A stretch of DNA of 64,000 nucleotides, taken from positions 384,001 through 448,000 of the forward strand of contig CBDBPB010000004.1 of the NCBI GenBank assembly GCA_965208615.1, written 5' to 3'. Each line of letters starts with the position of its first letter. Position 1 is the first letter of the stretch. Positions 21,520 through 30,492 of this stretch are shown here, piece after piece. The translations under genes and the position numbers were made by a program. The notes under the pieces were generated by a model. That model saw only the letters and a list, made by a program, of their open reading frames with translations. It ran no database searches and was not told the origin of the DNA. This stretch comes from Spirochaetota bacterium. Its GTDB lineage: Bacteria > Spirochaetota > UBA6919 > CBDBPB01.

Positions 21520-22371
21520 CTATAACATTTTTTGTTTTAAAAAGTCCTTATATTTATCGGACAAATCCTTTCTTGATAAGGCATAATCAGTAATTGTCTC
21601 CATAAAGCCCTGTGGAGTTCCTATATCATATCTATTACCTTCAAACTCATACGCCAATACTCTTCCAATTTTAGAAAGCTGATTAAGGGCATCGGTCATA
21701 TAGAATTCTTCTTTTTGATCTTTTTTATAATCTTCTAATGCAGTAAATATATCCGAAGTAAGAAGATACCTACCAATAGAAATCATACTACTAGGCTCAG
21801 TGCCAGGTTTAGGCTTTTCTACAATACCCTTAATAGAAAACGGATTAGATAACTTTTTATTCTTAACCCCAGGATTTACTACTCCATACGGAGAGACATC
21901 CTGACCATCAAAATTCATAACGGCTAATACATTCTTATGAGTTTCATGATAAACATCAATTAGCTGTTTAGCTAATGGATTAGCAGAAAAAACAATATCA
22001 TCGGGAAAGGCTAAAACAAAAGGCGAACTAATTATTTTACTAGCTAATAATACAGCATCCCCCGTGCCACCCATTTTTTGTTGTCTTATAAAATAAAACT
22101 TTATACCGTTTTTTATTGTATTTATTTTCTCTAACTTAGCAGGATCAGTAATTTGAGTTTCTAGTTCAATTTCTCTATCAAGATAGTCTTCAAGAGGCTT
22201 TTTACGCCTTGAAGTAATAATAACTATATCCTTAATACCAGAGTCAACAAACTCTTCTATAATAAAATGTATTGCAGGCTTATCTATTAGAGGTATCATT
22301 TCTTTAGGTATAGTTTTAGTTGCTGGTAAAAATCGAGTTCCATATCCTGCGGCTAAAATCATTCCTATCAT
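21520..22371 (-). CDS. galU: UTP--glucose-1-phosphate uridylyltransferase
   Basis: ILAAGYGTRFLPATKTIPKEMIPLIDKP, RQQKMGGTGDAV, PDD, VEKP, IGRYLL, RYDIG. Confidence 0.95.
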   Translation of the reverse strand: MIGMILAAGYGTRFLPATKTIPKEMIPLIDKPAIHFIIEEFVDSGIKDIVIITSRRKKPLEDYLDREIELETQITDPAKLEKINTIKNGIKFYFIRQQKMGGTGDAVLLASKIISSPFVLAFPDDIVFSANPLAKQLIDVYHETHKNVLAVMNFDGQDVSPYGVVNPGVKNKKLSNPFSIKGIVEKPKPGTEPSSMISIGRYLLTSDIFTALEDYKKDQKEEFYMTDALNQLSKIGRVLAYEFEGNRYDIGTPQGFMETITDYALSRKDLSDKYKDFLKQKML

Positions 22372-22429
22372 ATTGTGTCCTTATTATTTTTTATTTTTAG
22401 CTATACTTATCTTAAATAATATGGTACAA

Positions 22430-22726
22430 TCACTTTTGAAAGGCCTTTTTCTTTATTAGCTTGGCCAGTTCATCATGAAAGATTTTATATTTTTCTTGAT
22501 CTTTTTTAATCTCATCATGTGCCTCTATATATTTCCTACTCCCATTAGTGAGGTTATAGCCCATTCTTTCGAAAAGGCTTGATAGTTTTTTATTATCTTT
22601 TCCACTATCCACAATCTCTAGAGTTACCTTAGCAAATTCCTTTGGATTCTCAAAAGGTTTAGCTACTTCACTATTACTACACGTTATTAATAATAAAGTT
22701 ATTATGGGTATATAATACATTTTCAT
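22430..22726 (-). CDS. Small putative lipoprotein
   Basis: Hydrophobic N-terminus ending LITC; charged helical remainder; co-oriented upstream of galU. Confidence 0.7.
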   Translation of the reverse strand: MKMYYIPIITLLLITCSNSEVAKPFENPKEFAKVTLEIVDSGKDNKKLSSLFERMGYNLTNGSRKYIEAHDEIKKDQEKYKIFHDELAKLIKKKAFQK

Positions 22727-23055
22727 ATTTTTTTATAACTATTTAAAAAAAAACATTCTTATAATAGTTTTACTTAACAACTTGTTATAATTTATCGAAC
22801 TTTTATTTATATAAGTTAGGAAAATTTATATTTTATAGTTATTCAATTATTGTAGGGTACGATAACCTTATTAATCGTATTAATATAGGCAATTTCTTTT
22901 GTAATCAATGTATTGTTAACAAGATTTAATAAAATAATTGTTTTAAAGTATAATTTTATTATTTTTATCAACACAATTTTATAATAAAAGTTTTATTATT
23001 AATTAGTACTTAAATTAACACCTCTGTTATAAATTACTGCTTATAGGTATACATA

Positions 23056-23667
23056 ATGAATAAAAAGCTCTTATTTATATTAATATTAACTGCTAGCTTA
23101 CTTAGTCAAGTAAATGCATATTCCATAAATAGATGGTTAAAATTCACCCCTGGTATAAGAATAAGTGGTACTGCTGTTGATATAGACTCAAGAGTACCAG
23201 ATAATGGAACTTCTACTCGATTAGATTTTGGTGGAGGTGCAACATTAGATATTCAGTTTGAAAAACACTTTGGCATAGAAATAGGCCTACTATATGCCAG
23301 AAAAGGTTCAGAATCGGGTACTAATGGTAGACGTATTTTTTTACATTATATTTCTATACCAATGGTTTCCAAGCTATGGATAGTAAGAAATAGGTTTGCG
23401 GCTATATTGGGGATAACTCATAATATTTTACTTGGTGTTGATGGACGTCTTAGCTCTCCAAATGTAGAACTCACTTTGGATAATACAAATCGATATGATT
23501 TTGGGCTGACCCTTGGTTTAAGCTATGTAATAGTACACATGGGAAAAGGCATTCACCTTGTTGGAGATTTTCGTGTTGAAATAGGTATGATAAACGTTTA
23601 TAATAGGTTTAGGCCAGAATTATTTAATAGGGTTATTCCTTATTTATCTTTTGGTATAACTTTTTAG
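23056..23667 (+). CDS. Outer-membrane beta-barrel protein (PorT/OmpA-like 8-strand type)
   Basis: Signal peptide ending VNA; alternating amphipathic strands (FGIEIGLLYARKG, LHYISIPM, RYDFGLTLGLSY); C-terminal YLSFGITF BAM-type motif. Confidence 0.8.
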   Translation: MNKKLLFILILTASLLSQVNAYSINRWLKFTPGIRISGTAVDIDSRVPDNGTSTRLDFGGGATLDIQFEKHFGIEIGLLYARKGSESGTNGRRIFLHYISIPMVSKLWIVRNRFAAILGITHNILLGVDGRLSSPNVELTLDNTNRYDFGLTLGLSYVIVHMGKGIHLVGDFRVEIGMINVYNRFRPELFNRVIPYLSFGITF

Positions 23668-23682
23668 ATTAAGGCTCATTAT

Positions 23683-25107
23683 TTAAAGATATTTTTGTTT
23701 TGTTAGCTTATCCACAATATAGTTTGCTAATCCAATTACTCCTTTTCTCTTATCAGAGCGTATATGTGATAGTGCAACTAATATTTCTATATAATAGGGT
23801 TCACTCATTTCTTTAAAGTTAAGATTTTGTTTCAATTTGCTAATATCATTAAAGTCGATTAACCATATATCTTTGGCAATGTCTTTTTGTAATTCTTTAT
23901 CAATTCGCTTTATATAAACAGAAGTTTTTTTATTATCAAAGTCTATATTCTTAATGGTAATTTTAACTGTATCATTTATTGGATTAAATTTACTATAAAA
24001 GCTAATATCTTTTTTATAATCCTTTAGGATTAGTCTAGCTTCTACAATTTTCATAACTGCTTTTATTCTACTAAGGGTAGCCTTATTAGCCTGAGACTTA
24101 AAATACGGACTAATATCTATTTTAAGGTTATAATTTTTATCTTGTTTATTAATTGGCTTATTTTTAGTTTTGTTATAAGGCTTAACATAAGCTTCATCTA
24201 TAACCACTACTGGTATTAGCTTATGGGGTATATATTTCTTTTTATTAATTATATTTTGTTTTAACTTGGCATTATTTTTCTTAATAAAAGAGTTAGTTTT
24301 TACTGGTAACAGCCTGCTATCACTTATCTTCCACCTAACCTTATCATCAACTATCTGAAAAGGAATCTGAAAGCTATTTTTATTTTTTGTATTTAGGACT
24401 ATATTATTCGAGTGTATTTTAACACTATCCCTAAGTTTGTTATACCCTATTGGGACTAAAAGCTTTTTCTTTTTTAAGAAATCGTCATAGATTTTATTAT
24501 TTTTGAAAGAAGACGATATTAGCCTCATATTCGTTTCGGATAAATACTCTCCAAACACCCAACCTTGTTTATGATCCTTAGTTTTTATTAGGTACCAATA
24601 GTTTTTTTTACCTGCCAGCATTTTTGACTTATTATCATTATCTATAATTTTGACTACTGTACCATCAAACAGATAGCTTATTATATTACTCTGTCTATTA
24701 GGTTCTAGTCTAAGGCGTACAAAGTCATGGTTAATTATGGCATTATTCTTTAGAACAGTATTATACAGCTTATTTTTGGATATTAGCTTATCTTCTATTT
24801 GATAATTATCTTCGGATTTGTTTACTATATTATATTTTACCTGAACTATGCCTTCTTTATTAAGGATATTTTCTATTTTAGTTAGTTGATTTAGATAGTC
24901 AGAGCTGTCTATTTTGTTAAAATCACATTCTATTAGTATTTTAGCACTTTTACTTTGGGGATAATAATACACTAATTTAAACTTTAGGGGAATATCTATA
25001 TTATTAGCGTATTCTATTTTATTATTAAGGCTTGATTTTACTGAGTTTTCCTTATCTGTGCATGATATAATAGTTATCACAATTATTAGTATAGCTATAT
25101 ACTTCAC
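23683..25107 (-). CDS. Lipoprotein with a bacterial SH3 domain
   Basis: Lipobox IISC; VRLRLEPNRQSNIISYL..GTVVKII..WYLIKTKDHKQGWVFGEYL (SH3b pattern). Confidence 0.8.
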   Translation of the reverse strand: MKYIAILIIVITIISCTDKENSVKSSLNNKIEYANNIDIPLKFKLVYYYPQSKSAKILIECDFNKIDSSDYLNQLTKIENILNKEGIVQVKYNIVNKSEDNYQIEDKLISKNKLYNTVLKNNAIINHDFVRLRLEPNRQSNIISYLFDGTVVKIIDNDNKSKMLAGKKNYWYLIKTKDHKQGWVFGEYLSETNMRLISSSFKNNKIYDDFLKKKKLLVPIGYNKLRDSVKIHSNNIVLNTKNKNSFQIPFQIVDDKVRWKISDSRLLPVKTNSFIKKNNAKLKQNIINKKKYIPHKLIPVVVIDEAYVKPYNKTKNKPINKQDKNYNLKIDISPYFKSQANKATLSRIKAVMKIVEARLILKDYKKDISFYSKFNPINDTVKITIKNIDFDNKKTSVYIKRIDKELQKDIAKDIWLIDFNDISKLKQNLNFKEMSEPYYIEILVALSHIRSDKRKGVIGLANYIVDKLTKQKYL

Positions 25108-25223
25108 AGTTAACCCTAATGTATTTATTTACTTTAATAGGATCGTTAAAATCCTAAAAAAGTTTACTAAAATACTATACTCAGTTAGGGATATACTGCT
25201 TAACGCTATTGGATATAATATAG

Positions 25224-26261
25224 CTATTTATCTTCAGAAGAGCTCAAATACTTTTTAACGCCCTTAAAGGTCGTATTGACTTTAGATTTGGATATTGAAA
25301 AATCAAACTTACCTAAAAAAGCTACTCCTAATCCCAGCCAAAATAACTCCCTAATTCTTTTTATTATGGCATAAAATACAGCATCTGGTCTTAGATAACC
25401 CAATATATTAAAAAATAATAATATACCCCCCTCTTGGATGCCAAGACTACCAGGTATAAAGAATATTAGCCCTGTTATTATGGAGCTAAGGGATTCTATT
25501 ATTATGGCATGGCTAAAACTTATATTTATGTCCATAAGATTAAGGACTACATATATCTCAAAACTGGATATAATCCACCCAGCTGTAAAGCATATTAGGG
25601 ATAATAAAAACTTTTTCTTTTGATGATTATAAAAATAGCGTACCTTTTCATCAAAGAGGTCTAAGGTTTCTTTATATTTGTTAATCCTATTTACGTTGAT
25701 GCCAAGTTTATTAAATATAGAGTAGATTAGGTTAAACAGGCCTTTCTTAAGGCTTATTATATAACTAATTGTTATTAGAATAATTAATACTATTACACCG
25801 GCAAGTCCTGCTACTAATAGAGTTTGATGCTCTTGTGCTAATATTAAAAAGGATATTATTATACCGGTTAATATAAAAATTATTTGTCCTTTTGCCATTA
25901 GCAGTTTACCAATGTATAATGAGGCAATACCTTCTACAAAGCTTACACCGTATGGTTTTAGTATATGTGCTTTAACAACGTCTGCGGCTAAGGCACCTGC
26001 TGGATTAATACGTTTAATAAAGTCACCTACTAATTTCATTTGTAAGAGATCTATAAAGTTATATTTTTTTTCTTTAGTTATTAATACTAGTTGCCACCCT
26101 ATGGTATCCAATATAATTACTGGTATATACGGTAATAAAAAAAGAAATATTTTATATTTTGCTTCTATTAGCTTTTCCAATATCGAATATGGATCAGAAT
26201 AGTATATTATTACCGAAAAGATTATAATCCCTAGTGTTATAAAGAATAGTTTTTTTGCCAT
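25224..26261 (-). CDS. Lysylphosphatidylglycerol-synthase TM (UPF0104/HpnL-like) membrane protein
   Basis: About 8 TM segments; LDTIGWQ, INPAGALAADVVKAHIL, FFIPGSLGIQEGG, IIKRIREL. Confidence 0.82.
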   Translation of the reverse strand: MAKKLFFITLGIIIFSVIIYYSDPYSILEKLIEAKYKIFLFLLPYIPVIILDTIGWQLVLITKEKKYNFIDLLQMKLVGDFIKRINPAGALAADVVKAHILKPYGVSFVEGIASLYIGKLLMAKGQIIFILTGIIISFLILAQEHQTLLVAGLAGVIVLIILITISYIISLKKGLFNLIYSIFNKLGINVNRINKYKETLDLFDEKVRYFYNHQKKKFLLSLICFTAGWIISSFEIYVVLNLMDINISFSHAIIIESLSSIITGLIFFIPGSLGIQEGGILLFFNILGYLRPDAVFYAIIKRIRELFWLGLGVAFLGKFDFSISKSKVNTTFKGVKKYLSSSEDK

Positions 26262-26560
26262 GATTTTATTAGATAGTTGTAGGTTATAAAGTTATAGCTA
26301 GAAGATAAATAATATTTTATTTTAAGCAAGGCTTATACAATAATATTTATCGAACTACTCAGAAATTTAAATATAAAATATCAATACTAAACCTCATAAA
26401 AAGGCGTTATATGGTTATATATTATTTAGTTAAATATAGAAAATAAAATATTGGTTGTTTATTTATAAAAAATTATTAACATTAACACGCCGTGTTATTT
26501 ATAAACTTAAATTATATAGTCATAAAAATATAAAACTGTTGTACTAAAGGAGTTTTTTTA

Positions 26561-29500
26561 ATGAAAAGTATAAAAAGAGTTTTGGTTGCTAATAGAGGTG
26601 AAATAGCTATTCGTGTTTTTAGAGCCAGCATGGAGTTAGGTATTCAAACAGTTGCACTGTTTTCTCATGAGGATAGATTCGCATTACACAGATTTAAGGC
26701 AGACGAAGCATATTTAATAGGTGAAGGAAAAAGTCCTATTGCCGCGTATTTGGATATAGAAACCATTATAAACCTCGCTTTAGATAAGAATATAGACGCT
26801 ATTCACCCAGGATATGGTTTTTTATCCGAGTCCGCTGAGTTTTCAAAAGCTTGTGATGATGCTGGATTAATATTTATAGGACCAAAACCTGAGGTTATAA
26901 AAAATATGGGTGAAAAGGTATATGCTAGAAACTTGGCTATGAGTTTAGATATACCAGTAGTACCTGGAACAGAAGGCCCTATTGAAAACGATAATGATGC
27001 CATTCATTTTGCTAAAAACTATGGCTATCCTTTACTTATTAAGGCATCTATGGGTGGTGGTGGTCGTGGTATGCGTGTTGTTAGGGCAGAGAATGAGTTA
27101 ATTAATCTGCTTGAGTCTGCCAGATCAGAGGCTAAAAAGGCTTTTGGCAGTAGTGAGATTTTTATTGAAAAATATCTTGAAAATATTAGACATATTGAAA
27201 TACAGATTCTGGGGGATAACTTAGGAAATGTTGTTCACCTTTTTGAGAGAGATTGTTCTATTCAGCGTAGACATCAAAAAGTTGTAGAGGTTGCACCTTC
27301 ATCAAATCTAACCAATTCATTAAAGGAAAAGTTATATTCTGATGCAGTAAAAATAGCTAAGTCCATTAATTATACTAACGCTGGTACAGTTGAGTTTGTA
27401 GTTGACAATAATAAAAACTATTATTTTATAGAAATGAATACCAGACTCCAAGTAGAGCATACCATAACTGAAATGATAACCAATAGTGATATTGTTCATG
27501 CTCAGATCAGAATAGCAGAAGGACATCCATTAAGCCATCCCGATATAGGCATAGATAAACAAAGTTCTGTTATAAAAAGGGGATGTGCAATTCAGTGTCG
27601 TATTACTACAGAAGATCCCATGAATAACTTTATGCCTGATACAGGACGAATATTGGCATATAGAACCGCCGCAGGACACGGAATTAGACTAGATGGTGCA
27701 TGTGCTGGAGTGGGTCATAGGGTTACTCCTGATTATGATTCACTTTTAGTAAAGGTTATATCTTATGGCTCAACGTTTAAAGAGGCTATGACAAAGATGT
27801 ACAGGTCTTTAATGGAGTTTAGAATAAGGGGAGTTAAGACTAATACAGCTTTTTTAGAGAATCTTATCCAGCATCCAAAGTTTTTAAGCGGAGAGTGTAA
27901 AACTAATTTTATTGAAAGTCATCCAGAGCTTTTTGACCTTAGACCAAGAAAAAATAGGGCTAATAAGCTACTATCGTTTATTGGAAACGTAATTATAAAT
28001 GGAACAGAGGATATAAAAAACCCTATTACTGAAAAATCTTTCTTTGAGCCACCTATGCCTAAAATAGATTATAGAATGCCTATTCCAACTGGCACTAAAC
28101 AACTACTTGATAAAATTGGACCAAAAAACCTATCCAAATGGATACTTGAACAAAATCGTATTCTTATAACTGATACAACTTTTAGAGATGCTCATCAATC
28201 ATTAATAGCCACAAGAATGAGAACTTATGATATAATGAAAATTGCTAGTGCAACTGCTAAACTTGTACCAGGACTATTCTCCCATGAAATGTGGGGTGGT
28301 GCTACTTTTGATGTTTGTTATCGTTTTTTAAAGGAATCCCCATGGGATAGGCTGTCAAAGCTTAGAACTGCTATTCCTAATGTACTTTTTCAAATGTTAT
28401 TAAGATCGTCTAATGCTGTTGGTTATACTAATTATCCCGATAATATAGTAAAAGAGTTTATTAAGTTATCCTCTGAGGCTGGTGTTGACGTATTTAGAAT
28501 ATTTGATAGTCTCAACTGGACAAAGAATATGTCTATAGCTATGGATGCCGTTTTGGAAACCGGAAAGATTTGTGAAGGAGCAATATGTTATACTGGTGAT
28601 CTTTTAGACACAAATAGAGATAAGTATAATTTAAAATACTACGTAAGCATGGGAAAAGAACTTGAAAAAATGGGAGCTCATATTTTAGGAATAAAAGATA
28701 TGGCTGGTTTATGTAAGCCTCTAAGTGCATATAAGCTTATAAAGGCATTAAAGGATGAAGTTGGTATTCCAATTCATTTTCATACCCATGATACCAGTGC
28801 AAATGGCTTATCCACCCTTATGAAGGCTACTGAAGCAGGTGTTGATATTGTAGATGCCGCTATAGGACAAATGAGTGGATTAACTTCTCAGCCTAATTTA
28901 AACAGTTTAGTATTCGCACTGGCTACTAGTGATAGAAATACTGGTCTTAATAGTGATAATCTTAGTAAGCTGTCATCCTACTGGGAGATTACCAGAGAAT
29001 ATTATTATCCATTTGAGTCTGGTCTAAAAACTGGTACCGCTGATGTTTATCGTCACGAAATACCTGGTGGACAATATTCTAATTTAAGGCGTCAGGCGGC
29101 TGAGCTGGGTCTTAGCCATCATTGGGATGACCTTAAGGATATGTATGAACGAGTTAACTATGAACTTGGGGATATTGTTAAGGTTACGCCGTCTAGTAAG
29201 ATGGTTGGAGATCTTGCTATTTTAATGGTCAAGAAGAATATTAATTTTAATGATATTTATAGCTCTAATGGTAAGGGTATAGATTTTCCAAGGTCTGTTG
29301 TTGATTATTTTAAGGGTATGCTTGGTCAGCCTTATGGTGGTTTTCCTAAGAGATTACAAAAAATAGTTTTGGGTGATGATAAACCTATTACTGATCGTCC
29401 TGGTAAGTATTTGCCTCCTGCTGATTTTGATAGCACTAAAAAAGACTTAGAAGAAAAGCTAGGTCAATATATTGATAATCGTGATGTTATTAGTTATCTT

Positions 29501-29998
29501 CTTTATCCTAGCGTAGTTATCGATTATTTTAATCATATAAAAGAATATGGTGATATCTCTGTTATCCCTAGCAAAGTATTTTTTTACGGTTTAAATGTGG
29601 GAGAGGAGACTTCTATAGAAATAGAAGAAGGCAAGGTCCTTATTGTCGAATTACAGGCTATTGGTAAGCTAGAAGAAGGTTGTAGAAAAATATACTTCGA
29701 CTTAAACGGTCAACCAAGAGAAATCCTAGTACAGGATAAAGATTCTGGAGTTGAGCAAATCGGCTTTGAGAAGGCTGATTTTGATAATCCTCATCATATA
29801 GCCGCACCTATGCTTGGTAAAATTATAAGGATTAACGTTAAAGTTGGTGATGAGGTCAAAAAAGGCGAAAACCTCTTAGTTATTGAAGCTATGAAAATGG
29901 AAAATAATGTCTTAGCTAAGATTGATGGTGTGGTAGAGCGTATATCTCATCAGGAGGGCATACAGGTAGACATAGGGGATCTTTTAATGGTTATTTAG
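26561..29998 (+). CDS. pyc: Pyruvate carboxylase (single-chain BC-CT-BCCP)
   Basis: VLVANRGEIAIR, HPGYGFLSE, ERDCSIQRRHQK, DTTFRDAHQS, WGGATFD, IKDMAGL, HTHDTS, HEIPGGQYSNL, VKVTPSSK, EAMKME; AAGGAG RBS. Confidence 0.99.
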   Translation: MKSIKRVLVANRGEIAIRVFRASMELGIQTVALFSHEDRFALHRFKADEAYLIGEGKSPIAAYLDIETIINLALDKNIDAIHPGYGFLSESAEFSKACDDAGLIFIGPKPEVIKNMGEKVYARNLAMSLDIPVVPGTEGPIENDNDAIHFAKNYGYPLLIKASMGGGGRGMRVVRAENELINLLESARSEAKKAFGSSEIFIEKYLENIRHIEIQILGDNLGNVVHLFERDCSIQRRHQKVVEVAPSSNLTNSLKEKLYSDAVKIAKSINYTNAGTVEFVVDNNKNYYFIEMNTRLQVEHTITEMITNSDIVHAQIRIAEGHPLSHPDIGIDKQSSVIKRGCAIQCRITTEDPMNNFMPDTGRILAYRTAAGHGIRLDGACAGVGHRVTPDYDSLLVKVISYGSTFKEAMTKMYRSLMEFRIRGVKTNTAFLENLIQHPKFLSGECKTNFIESHPELFDLRPRKNRANKLLSFIGNVIINGTEDIKNPITEKSFFEPPMPKIDYRMPIPTGTKQLLDKIGPKNLSKWILEQNRILITDTTFRDAHQSLIATRMRTYDIMKIASATAKLVPGLFSHEMWGGATFDVCYRFLKESPWDRLSKLRTAIPNVLFQMLLRSSNAVGYTNYPDNIVKEFIKLSSEAGVDVFRIFDSLNWTKNMSIAMDAVLETGKICEGAICYTGDLLDTNRDKYNLKYYVSMGKELEKMGAHILGIKDMAGLCKPLSAYKLIKALKDEVGIPIHFHTHDTSANGLSTLMKATEAGVDIVDAAIGQMSGLTSQPNLNSLVFALATSDRNTGLNSDNLSKLSSYWEITREYYYPFESGLKTGTADVYRHEIPGGQYSNLRRQAAELGLSHHWDDLKDMYERVNYELGDIVKVTPSSKMVGDLAILMVKKNINFNDIYSSNGKGIDFPRSVVDYFKGMLGQPYGGFPKRLQKIVLGDDKPITDRPGKYLPPADFDSTKKDLEEKLGQYIDNRDVISYLLYPSVVIDYFNHIKEYGDISVIPSKVFFYGLNVGEETSIEIEEGKVLIVELQAIGKLEEGCRKIYFDLNGQPREILVQDKDSGVEQIGFEKADFDNPHHIAAPMLGKIIRINVKVGDEVKKGENLLVIEAMKMENNVLAKIDGVVERISHQEGIQVDIGDLLMVI

Positions 29999-30037
29999 CA
30001 GGCTAATGGACTATATCTTATTAACGGAATTATAAAT

Positions 30038-30466
30038 ATGACCAGTATAGAAGAAGAAATTTTAGTTCTATGTAGAGATTCTTTATCCATAAAGAGTCGG
30101 ATTATTAAAGGTGGTGTGTGGGATTTTAGATGCTATCTTGGCGGAGGTAGAAAGTTTGACTTACACAATGATAAAGGTATATATTTGAGAACTATTTATA
30201 TGAGTCGAGATTCTAAGCGTTTTGAAAATATACCAGAGGATGTTATTGATTTAAACGAAATCTATCATATTTATAGGGTAAACAATAACTTAACATCTTG
30301 GAGCAAGGAAAAGTTTAATCCAAACTTCCTTAAGGTGATATATAACCTTAAAAATAAGGGCTTAATTCTTATTTTAAAAACTATTGATGTAATGGCTGGT
30401 TTATACCACCCTACTCCATTTACGCCAGAAGAACAAGAACCCAGATTTATTAAACTAAGTTCTTAG
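30038..30466 (+). CDS. Hypothetical protein
   Basis: 142-aa ORF 39 bp after the pyc stop, same strand; no family recognised. Confidence 0.55.
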   Translation: MTSIEEEILVLCRDSLSIKSRIIKGGVWDFRCYLGGGRKFDLHNDKGIYLRTIYMSRDSKRFENIPEDVIDLNEIYHIYRVNNNLTSWSKEKFNPNFLKVIYNLKNKGLILILKTIDVMAGLYHPTPFTPEEQEPRFIKLSS

Positions 30467-30492
30467 ATATGATTAATAAATATAAAAAGACT

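Noticed and set aside
22790-26360. Sigma28-like TCGATAA motifs on the minus strand near 22795 and 26350 (also near 18412 and 52029 on plus)
   Set aside because: The -35 elements and spacing are inconsistent, and such matches arise by chance in AT-rich DNA.
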